A stretch of DNA of 64,000 nt, from assembly GCA_043228905.1 (NCBI GenBank), contig JBHGNT010000003.1:8370001-8434000 (forward strand), given 5' to 3'. How positions within the stretch are numbered: position 1 is the stretch's first letter; each line of letters starts with the position of its first letter. Made by a program: the position numbers and the translations under genes. Positions 12,337 to 22,872 of this stretch are shown piece after piece. The notes under the pieces are model-generated. The model did no database searches, had not been told where the DNA came from, and was given only the letters and a program-made list of their open reading frames with translations. The stretch comes from Azolla caroliniana (taxonomy: Eukaryota; Plantae; Polypodiophyta).

Positions 12337-12944
12337 TGGCAAAAAGGGCCACAGGCAAAGCGAGTGCTGGAGAAAGTGTGCCGATTCGGACAAATCCGGA
12401 TCCGGCAAGACCGATAAGGAAGGCCGGCAAAGCTCGCACTACGCAAACGGATCGGGAGGATCCAAGAACAGTAAGGGGCCAGCCTTGGTGATGAAGCACA
12501 AGGCAAACTCAATGAAGAAGACCACTTCCAAATCAGAGGAAGTGTGGTACGTTGACTCCGGTGCATTGAACCACATGACGAGCCACGAGGAGTGGTTCTC
12601 CTTTTTGGAGAAGCCGGATCAACCGGTGTCGTGTGAATCTTCTTACACTATGTAAAAAAGTAATGAAATAATTATTATAGATTAGATTAGTAGCTTACTA
12701 TAAAAAGATGGATATACTCAAGAGCTTCAAAACGTATTTTACTATATACAAAATGGAGAAATACATATGAAGTTATGTGAAAATAAAGTTTGAGAAGATT
12801 GGGAAATTAGAACTATCCCACATAGATAGGAAAGTTAAGGCCCTGGCTATATAAACACCTTGAGCTCCCTCATTTTTCATTTGTGCTAAGAGCACTTTGG
12901 CCACTTTGTCTTGATGGATGATGGTCGCCAAATTCCCTAAATCC

Positions 12945-13215
12945 AGAAACCGGTCGGTAAGCAAATCCGGAAAACGGGTCCGGTAAGCAAATTTGGAAAC
13001 CGGCCGGTATGAAAAACCGGAACCGACCGGCAAGCAAACCGGAACTGATCGGCAAGCAAAACCGGAACCGGAACCGGTAAGCAAAACTGGAACCGGAACC
13101 GGTATGCAAATCGGAACTGACCGGTAAGCAAAACCGGAATCGGAACTGGTATGCAAACCGGAAACCGGCCGGTAAGCAAAACCGGAACTAGAACCAGCAA
13201 GCAAACCGGAACCGG
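12945..13215. repeat. AACCGG/CCGGTAAGCA-rich degenerate tandem array in solo LTR
   Basis: Reiterated aaaccggaaccggtaagca. Confidence 0.8.
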
Positions 13216-13454
13216 CGATCGTACGAGGTTGGACGCAAATCGAACGTATAAAAGGATCATGTGGCTAATTAAAGAAAGGTAAAAGAGACTAAAGTAAAGG
13301 TCAAGTGGACGGTCGCATGCAACTAAAGAAAAAGCCATGCAACTAAAAATAGATTCAACGAAAAGAAAAGCTATGCAACAAAAAGTGGAGGCATATGATC
13401 AACGGGGCTCTCCATCTTATATATTATTTTTCTTTTCCTTCTTAGCTCCCTTAT

Positions 13455-13670
13455 CTTAGGGAAGCCATAACTCTCATAATTCCTAAATTCCCTACGGAAG
13501 CGATAACACTCAAAAACCCTAAAATTCCTTACGGAAGCCATAACACTCAAAAACCCTAAAATTCCCTACGGAAACCATAACACTCAAAAACCCTAATCTT
13601 CCCTACGGAAGCCATAACACTCAAAAATGCTAATCTTCCCTATGGAAGCCATAATACTCATATAACCATA
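13455..13670. repeat. ~37-bp tandem repeat (about 5 units) in solo LTR
   Basis: ccctaaaattccctacggaagccataacactcaaaaa reiterated. Confidence 0.85.
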
Positions 13671-16517
13671 ATCTCTTATCAAAGCAAAGAACCCTAAATC
13701 TCTATGGAATCCATATCTTAGTTTCTTCTAATCTATTATTCTAGCAATCTCCTTAAGATAAAACTTTTGTAATCTCAATCTTGAGATTGATTGTAATCTT
13801 TCTTTCCCTTTATTAATGAAATTTGTGAATCTTTATCATTTTGCATTAATTGTTTAATATAATCATATGAATCTGATATCTTCCGGTCGGAGCCCCCGGG
13901 GTCCTGCCTCAAAGTTCGCGTATCCTCGTCATATTTTCGCGACACCGGGAGTTGTCGAAACCGGAGACGACACTCCCCACCCGATCGTGCACGTCGGAGA
14001 AGTCCCTTTGAGCCACGTCGGACAGAGGGGGAAGCTGATGAATGTATTACATGTTCCGACGATCACGAAGAACCTAGTGTCGGTCAGACAGATCGTCGAC
14101 CAGGGGATGCAGGTGTGGTTTACGCACCTCGGGTGCTTCATTGAGGATGAGGGCGAAGTTATTGCGCAAGCGCGCAAAGATGGGAGGATGTTTATCCTCA
14201 AGACCAATGACGTCGGCACCGCACTGTTCGCCAAAGGAAAGAAGGTCGAGTCGGATATCGACCTGTGGCACAAGCGGATCGGCCACGTCAACTACCGGAG
14301 GCTTCAAGACCTGCAAACGGAACAAGTTGTTTTCGGTTTGCCGAAGTTTAGCGGCCGGAGAGCCTAAATTTGTGAAGCCTGCCAACTCGGGAAGCAACAC
14401 CGGCTTCCATTCCCCAGCGAAAGTAATCGAAGCCATAACAAGCTCGATCTTATCCATTCGGATGTGTGGGGACCGGCACAAAATGTTAGCATTGGCGGGA
14501 GTCGATATTTCGTCTCCTTCATCGACGATTATACGCGGCATACGTGGATCTACCTCATTGAGTGGAAGAGCGAAGTCTTCGAGTGTTTCCGGAGCCTCCA
14601 GAAGATGGTGGAATGGGAATCGGAGAGGAAGATCAAATGCCTATGTCGGATGGCGGAAAAGAGTACTTTTCTAGCCAATTCAACAGCTATCTGCAACAAA
14701 AAGGAATTCGGCGAGAATTCAGTTGTAGATACACAACGCAACAGAACGGTGTGGCCGAAAGGAAGAATCGGTCGTTGATTGACGCGGCTAGGGCAATGCT
14801 GGAGGAAAAGAGCATGCCCAAGTTCTACTAGGCGGAGGCGGTCCAAACGGCCGTTTACATCCAAAACCAGATTGGGGACAAGGTGTCAGCTCACGAGCTG
14901 TATTTCAGGCGCAAGCCGAATTTGAGACACCTCCAGATATTCGGCAGCATAGCCTATGTACATGTGTCGGATGAGAAGCGGAGAAAGCTGGATGCAAAAT
15001 CGGAAAAATGCATCCTAGTCGGCTATGCTCAAGGGAAAAAGGGGTATAAGTGTTATAACCCCCAGACGAAGCAGGTCTGAGTCAGCCGAGATGTCGAGTT
15101 TGATGAATTGGCATCGTGGTATTCCTTACCGACTCCGACTTCCGATCCCGACCCGATGTCGGAGGATGGGGCTAGTGAGCCCGAACTGGCCCAGGTAGAG
15201 AAAGATGAAGTTGGGACTCAAGATGAGAGTCCGGAATCATTCCGGTTAAGCGGACCAAATGAGAGACTGGATCAGTCCAACCAGTCGGATGATGAGACGG
15301 CGAGTAGTGGAGACTCTGTCGTGCTCTCCCTGCGCAAGGAACCAAGGAGACGGTTCACACGCAAAGAGAAAGGGAAGCAAAAGATGCCAGAATTCGAGAC
15401 CGGTAATGATGAGTCGGATCGATGCGTATCTAACTTCGGCAAGGACATAGGCAGATCTTCGGGAACGAAGACCAAATCGGCCAAGAAGGGTCTCATGCCG
15501 GGTAACGGTGAGTTACGCCGGTCTACCGGCCAGAAGGATCCCATTAAACGGTACGGGTATAACGAGTACATGGCGCATCATTATACGTACATGACCAAGG
15601 TCGCGGAAGTGCGTGAGCCGGAGAGCTACGCAGAAGCGGCAAAGGACGCAAATTGGCGTGCCGCTATGGAGGAAGAAATGCGGGCACTGGATGCCAACCG
15701 AACTTGGGACCTGGTTGACCCTCCCCGTCATTGTAAACCAATCGGATGCAAGTGGGTGTACAAGATAAAGTACAATGTCGACGGTACAGTTAACCGGTAC
15801 AAAGCCCGGTTAGTGGCGAAGGGATATGCGCAGACCCACGGAATTGACTACGATGAGACCTTCGCTCCTGTAACGAAGATGATGACGGTGTTGTGAAGAA
15901 AACCGTCCACAAGCGGAATCGGTGCACCGGAGCGTAGGAACCGGCTCTTCATACACGTACGCCTTATGTTGTACATAGAAGATCCTAAGTAGGTAGATTC
16001 GGTAGGTAGGAAGTTAATGGGAAACGGCTCCTTCCTTGCCTATAAAAGGGTGGAGACGAGGAGAGGAGAGAGGTCGCGGAATCAGAGAGGACGGAGTGCT
16101 GTCGGGTTGTCGACCGAAGGCTTCTCTCTCTTCCAAACTCCATAGCTTCTTTCTGCGCAGGTTTCGGGAGGCTCGCGCTGCTCTGAGGAATGCCCGAGTG
16201 CTTCCGACAGCACCTCCAACCTACTCCTTTCTTTCTGTACATTTACGAACAGGCATCGGCATCTGTTCGCCGGCCTGTTTGGTTGTAACCGGCTTCGTGC
16301 TTCTTGTTGTTTGTCTCTATTAATATATAGATACATACCTTAGTGTCTCTCTGTGTTGGTTTCCCGCTCGCGTCTTCGTGTCGAAGGGCCGTGTCCCTGT
16401 GGATCTACGCTCGCACCTAGTGGGTCTCTTCCCTTCTCCTTTCTCTCTTGCTGTTCGGTACAAGACCCCCGAGGTCCCGCCTCATTCCACGCATCCGCGA
16501 GGAATACCTCGACATCT

Positions 16518-16535
16518 TGGTGAACCCGACGTGAA
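16518..16535 (+). promoter_or_regulatory. Primer binding site, tRNA-Trp
   Basis: TGGTGAACCCGACGTGAA, 3 nt after the LTR. Complementary to the 3' end of eukaryotic tRNA-Trp(CCA); compare the ASLV PBS TGGTGACCCCGACGTGAT. Confidence 0.9.
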
Positions 16536-16557
16536 GGAGGCGGCAGAAGAGCAGAAG

Positions 16558-18678
16558 ATGAGGGGGTCGGATCTTGCAGAGACCATGGCTTCGGCCGTGG
16601 ATCGGATATTGAGCACACGCGAGGGCACCGGCGCCCTCGACAGAGCCATTGAGGCGGTTGTCGGTACGATCGGCCGGTTCAGCGGAAAGGATGCTACGAA
16701 GTATTTGGCGTCCTACGGGGCAGAAATGTTGATGCGGGACATTCCGGAAGAGAGGCGTCTTGCCGGGTTCCCTCGAGTGGCGATGCCGAGCATCCATGCG
16801 GAAGTGCTCGAGGTACGGGCGGAGAGCCGTACCTGGGAGGAGTTCGAAGGCCGACTCCTAGAGAAATACGGGTTGGACGACGCGCTCCGGCTTTCGAAAC
16901 GGGACTTCATGGAATGGGTGGAGTCCCCTGGCAAGGGAAGAAACGCGTCGGCACTCCTCCGGGAGTTTGAGGAACGCTTTGCGCGCCTTTCGGCGCTTGA
17001 CCAAACCGTTCTGGATACGAGCCGGGTCCTACTGTTCGTCAAGTCAATGGACGAGCAGGACCGGGATCAAGTCGGCTCCTTGCTAGAAACCGAAGACGGG
17101 CTAACGACCGACTGGACGGCGGTTAAGAGAGTCTGTGGCCGTTTCGACAAACGGCGAGAATGGGCTGACAACGGGGCGACCGGAGCGGGCTCTGTCACAG
17201 CAAGGAGGCTTGAACCGGCACCACAAGGGCGAAGGGCAGAGACCCGGGAGTGGCTCGAAATCGGTTCGGCTTCGACCGGCATGGTCAATGACTCGTCCGG
17301 AGGAGCAGCGCTGGAGGAGTTGACGCGGGCGATAAAGGATCTCCAGATCGCCCAGACTCGAAGGGAAAGCGGCGAACCGGCTCGTGACCGACGGTCGGCA
17401 GTAGGGAACAGGTGCATGTGGTGCGACGAGGTCGGCCACATTCGGAAGGACTGCGGCACTTTCGCAAAGGCGTTGAGGAACCGGGTGGTGTACCTGTGGG
17501 AAGGCCGGGTGCATGTCGGCGATACCAGAAGGGCCCTAAACCGAAACGACGGGCGGGGAGGTATGAAGAGACTGATGGAAGAGGCAGCGGCCCGACACGT
17601 GGAGGCCATCCACTACTCGGCGTCGGCCGGTATTCGGGTCGGGGGCAGCGAGGCCCGAAAGGAGAGCAAAGACGGATTCTGGTCGGCAATGCTGGAAGGC
17701 CTCGCTGGCGCACGGCTGAGGGAAGATGAAACGGACCGCGCTGAGAAACGGGTCCGGGAAATAACCGGGTGGAGCGACCCGGTCGAGGAGAAGACGGGCT
17801 TCGTAGAAGCCGCCTGCCGGAACTACGAGGCTCTGGTGGAAGACAAATGAGTGGGAGCGGCCGGGCCCTCACAAGGATACGAGACCCGACTCGGGCAACG
17901 ACGGAACGATGCCGGTGGGTCCAGCGCGCAAGATAACCCCAGGAAGGGCGGATACCGACTGGGGACGGAAATAGAAAGGACCACGGACCTACGAAAGGTC
18001 CTAGAAGAGTGGATCCTCGACAGCAAAGTGGAGCTGTCATTGCGGGAGGTGCTAGGGATCGCTAAGAAGGAGTTCCACGACTCCATTGTGGACTTGGTGA
18101 AGCGGAAGAGGCTGTCGACGGAGACGGAACTGGAGAGACCGGTGGAGGTGCGGACGACACACATCGACGACTCGGCGCTGGCAGATGAGTGGGCGGAGAG
18201 CCACTATTCGAGGCCACATTGGGCCCGAGCGACCACGGAGACCCCGGTAAAGATCGGAGATGTTTAGGAACCGGTGGTGGCATTGGTGGACCACGGTTCG
18301 GAAATAAACCTGATGTCCATGGACTTCTATAAGAAGGGAAAGTGGCCAATCAACACCAAGCACGGGTGGAAGATACGGGCGGCGGCGACGCGCGCCACCA
18401 AGGAACTGCACGGGGCCTGCCCGAACGTGCGAGTCAAGATCAGCGACGTCGAGATTGACCAGCACTTCTTCGTACAGGAGACGTCCTCGCACCCGGTCAT
18501 ATTAGGGGAACCATACATCACGGCGGCGCGAATGGGAACCAAGGTGCTAGACAACGGTTCGGCCTACGCGAGGGTCAAAAGCCAGGACGGGCGCCATTCG
18601 GTCCAATTTCTGACGGTGCGACCAAACCACGAGCGGAACCGCGAATCCCTAGGTGGCGAGAACCGGGAGGATTTTTAG
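16558..18678 (+). pseudogene. GypW element 4 gag-protease, two premature stops (17848, 18265)
   Basis: One frame. Knuckle CMWCDEVGHIRKDC; protease ALVDHGSEINLMS...VILGEPY. Confidence 0.88.
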
Positions 18679-21600
18679 AGAGGGCTGCCAAGGCGTGGGG
18701 CCAAGACAGTCCGGACACTTTGGGAAAGACCCCACAGCTGTACGATAGAACCGAAACCAAAGAAACCCTGTACGATAAGTAAAAAATTTTGCTTCTCCGA
18801 CAACGGAGGGTGTATGTTAGTCGGCATCGTTGGCCGAGAAAAGGCAAGGGCGGAAGTGCGACTTCGAGTGTGCGGAGTTCTCGGCCCGAACGAGGAAATC
18901 AACGGAGCCGTGGAGGCGGTCTCCTTCGACGACACCTTGGGAATGCTGAGGAAGGTAGCCGGAGAAGACCTTAACGAAGACCGGACGATACCGGTATGTT
19001 CCGAAGAGATGTATGAAGTCATCACGGACTTCAGTCAGGGGCTCGGGTCGGATCGGACAGCCCGAGTTAGCACGAAGTACAAGACTGTGGACCGGAAGGT
19101 AAGGCCAGTCGCGGCACCCTTACCGGAGGGCAGCGAGTCCCGAATCAGAGGGGTTGCGTCGGACCCCAGTTTACGAGATCCGATCTGCATAGGACACACC
19201 TTCACCGACGGGACGCTCCGGGAGCTCAAAATCGGTGGGGGCGGGTTCCTACTGCTGGCGGAGGAAGACCAGTTTCGGAGAATGCTCAGAAGGCACGGGA
19301 AAGCCTTTGCATTCTCACCGGGAGAGATCGGGTGCGTAGACCCGACAATCGTGGAGCCGATGGTGATATTCACGGTACCACATGTGCCGTGGAATCTCAA
19401 GCCGATTCCAGTACCGAGAGCTCACATCCCGAAGTTGATGGAGCTATTGAGGCAGAAAGTCGATATGGGCATTCTCGAACTGTCAAGTGCCCCATACTCG
19501 AACCGATGGTTTACCGTACCAAAGAAAAACGGAACATTGCGCTTCATTCAAGACCTGCAGCCGGTCAACAGAGTGACCATTCGAAACGCAGGAATCGGAC
19601 CGACCATAGACGAGTTCGCGGAGGCCTTCGCCGGAAGTTCAATCTATTCGGTCAGTGATCTGTACTCGGGGTACGACCAGTTCCAGCTAGCCGTGGAGAG
19701 CAAAGACATTACGACGATGCGAACTCCCCTCGGCCTAGTGCGAATGTGTACCCTGCCACAAGGAGGGACCAACTCGGTGGCCCACATGGTGAATGCAATG
19801 AACAAGGTACTGAGGGATTGCATCCCGAACATCACCATGCCATTTCTAGACGACATCCCAATCAAGGGGTGCCCGGTGGAAGAGAAGGACGCAACACTCG
19901 GACCGGACGGATGCCGGCGATTCGTGGCAACACACATCGACGACTGCGAGAAGGTGCTACAAAGGCTAGAGGATGCGAGGCTCACCTTCTCCAGGGAGAA
20001 ATCGGCCTTCGGGCAATCAGAAATCCTGGTGGTCGGACACCTATGTGGACCATATGGCCGGAAGCCGTCTCCGGCAAAGGTAGAAGCCATCTCCGTGATG
20101 AAGACCGACTGTAGCTCGGTTACGGAAGTTCAGAGGTTCCTGGGGGCGTGCGCATTCTACCACATATGGATCCCGCATTACGCCCACGTTGCGGAGCCGC
20201 TATACGGGTTGCTGAAGAAAGGGCGAAAATTTGAGTGGCGAGACGAGCACACGGAGTCGGTCCGGAAGCTGAAGGAAGCTCTTGCGGCAGCACCGGCGCT
20301 CCGGAAGGCTGTCTACGGGAAGGGTACCCCGGTATACATAACGGTGGATACGAGTCCGACCGGGATCGGATGGGTCGTCAACCAAGAAGACGAGGACGGC
20401 ATTCGGTTCCCGATCCGATTCGGCGCGAAGGTCCTCAGTGAGCGACAGCGAGGGTACGCCCAGGTTAAATGCGAACTCTGGGGTATCGTTTCGGCAGTAA
20501 AGGCCGACAAAGACTACCTGATCGGGACAGAAGTGGTTATCGAGACGGATTGCCTGCCAATTCTCGGCATGGTGTCCGGATGCACGACACCGGACCTGGC
20601 GATGCTCAGGTGGATAGCGTACATCAAGTCCCTGGACCCGGAAATACGACACATTTCCGGAAAGGACAACGCCATGGCCGACATGCTTTCGAGGGTGAGG
20701 TTTGATGACGAGGGCGGCATGGTTTCGGAGGACGAAGAAGTCGGCGTGGACTTCTTCGAGGCAGCGTACGTGACGACCGATGGGACGAGCACTCCGGCGC
20801 TTAACGGCTTCGACGAGAGCAAGTACGACGGCGAGTGGCTGCAGATCGGTGGTTTCTTAAGGACCATGACGCCGGATGCGTCATGGACAAGGGACGAGAC
20901 CAACCGGATCTGAAAGAAAGCATACCGATTCTTTCTCTGGGACGGATACTTATGGAAGCACCCGAAGAAGAGGAACGGCGTCCCGCTCCGGGTGGTGGCG
21001 ATGAAGGAAGACCAGGAGGAGCTGCTGACGGCCTACCACGACAACCCTTGGGCTGGACACCGTGGAACGTGGGCCACGTTCGAGAAGATAAAGGGGAAGT
21101 ACTGGTGGCCGGGACTGTACCGGGACGTGCATCGGTTCGTGACAACTTGCGAGAGCTGTCAGATGCACTCCGTAGTCCGACATCGGGACGAGCTTCACCC
21201 TACGTACCCTCCGACCATCCACTTCAAATGGATGGTAGACCTGGAAACGATGCCGATGGGAGTAGGACTAATGCGGTATCTGGTCCTGGCTCGGGAAGAT
21301 CTGACGAACCAGGTGGAAGGCCGGGCCCTTCAGAACAAAACGACCGCAGTCGTATGTCGGTTCCTGATCGAGGACGTGATATGCCGGTACGGGTGCGTCG
21401 GGAAGATCGTGGCTGATCGCGGGGAGTTGGACGCCGAAGAGGCCGAGGAGCTATTCGACCGGCTAGGAGTCAAGCTCTCGCTTACCACTGCGTACAATCC
21501 GGAGGCGAATGGGAAGGTGGAGCGCGGACACGGACCGATCGTCAAGGCGTTAGTTCGGGCATGCGGAGGTCAAGTCGGGAACTGGCCGCAGCTGCTGCCT

Positions 21601-22173
21601 TACGCGTTGTGGGCGGACCGAACTACGCACAGTTCGGCAACCGGATTCATGCCGGTAGAGCTCATGTTTGGGCAGAAGCCGATCATGCCGATGGAACGTA
21701 CGATCTCCTCATGGGCAACCGTGGACTGGAGAGACGAGATGAGCCGGGAGGAACTGTTGGTGGCGCGCATACGACAGCTCGAGCGAAGACCGGAGGACGT
21801 GGAGCAGGCTGCGGGAAAGCTTCGGGTGGCAAGGACGTGGAACAAAGCCCGGTTCGACCGGATGCACCGGCTCCGACCAAAGAAGATCGACGAAGGCGAC
21901 TGGGTGCTAGTCTACGACAGCAGCCTCGACAACCAGCACCGAGCGACACGGAAGTTCGCAAGAAGGTGGTTCGGGCCTTACGTGGTACAAAGTGCCAACG
22001 ACAACGGGACGTACCATCTGGCGGAACTCAACGGCACAAGAATGGCGATACCGGTAGCTGGGAAGCGGATCAAAGCGTTCAAAAAGCGTCACGACGACGA
22101 GTCGGATCCGGTTAACCTGGACAGCGATGACGAACGATCCGAAACCGAGGAAGAACCGACGGGCGGGGAATGA
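18679..22173 (+). pseudogene. GypW element 4 pol (RT, RNase H, integrase), one premature stop (20911)
   Basis: DLYSGYDQ, LPQGGTNS, PFLDD, DTSPTGIG, GHRG..ATF, CESCQ, ADRGE, ANGKVER, WFGPY. Confidence 0.9.
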
Positions 22174-22872
22174 AGGCTGGACGGGTTTTCTCCGTCCCAA
22201 CACAATTTGGCGCATGCCGGTGGATGCGCGGTTAGGTGGGGGCGGATGTCGTGAAGAAAACCGTCCACAAGCGGAATCGGTGCACCGGAGCGTAGGAACC
22301 GGCTCTTCATACACGTACGCCTTATGCTGTACATAGAAGATCCTAGGTAGGTAGATTCGGTAGGTAGGAAGTTAATGGGAAACAACTCCTTCCTTGCCTA
22401 TAAAAGGGTGGAGACGAGGAGGGGAGAGGGGTCGCGGAATCAAAGAGGACGGAGTGCTGTCGGGTTGTCGACCGAAGGCTTCTCTCTCTTCCAAACTCCA
22501 TAGCTTCTTTCTGCGCAGGTTTCGGGAGGCTCGCGCTGCTCTGAGGAATCCCCGAGTGCTTCTGGCAGCACCTCCAACCTACTCCTTTCTTTCTATACGT
22601 TTACGAACAGGCATCGGCATCTGTTCGCCGGCTTGTTCGGTTGTAACCGATTTCGTGCTTCTTGTTGTTTGTCTCTATTAATATATAGATACATACCTTA
22701 GTGTCTCTCTGTGTTGGTTTCCCGCTCGCGTCTTCGTGTCGAAGGGCCGTGTCCCTGTGGATCTACGCTCGCACCTAGTGGGTCTCTTCCCTTCTCCTTT
22801 CTCTCTTGCTGTTCGGTACAAGACCCCCGAGGTCCCGCCTCATTCCACGCATCCGCGAGGAATACCTCGACA

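Larger units (their letters stand above)
12627..13944 (+). mobile_element. GypW solo LTR (1318 bp), 4-bp TSD CCGG
   Basis: TGTCGTG...CGCGACA. CCGG at 12623-12626 and 13945-13948. Conserved U5 motif CCCCGGGGTCCTGCCTC. Confidence 0.88.
15889..22872 (+). mobile_element. Full-length GypW Ty3/gypsy element 4 (6984 bp), LTRs 15889-16514 and 22247-22872, TSD ACGG/ATGG
   Basis: 626-bp LTRs with ~17 differences. Trp PBS, PPT 22231-22246. Order gag-PR-RT-RH-IN, no chromodomain. Confidence 0.95.

Noticed and set aside
16036-16323. 95-aa ORF present in both LTRs (also 22394-22681)
   Set aside because: Non-ATG start overlapping the TATA box; duplicated only because LTRs are duplicated.
16518-16535. tRNA-Trp gene fragments (also 8039-8056 and 28294-28312)
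   Set aside because: Only 18 nt, adjacent to LTR ends: these are PBSs.
16417-22385. Many long antisense or alternative-frame ORFs over element 4
   Set aside because: Expected shadows of GC-rich coding sequence; no motifs.
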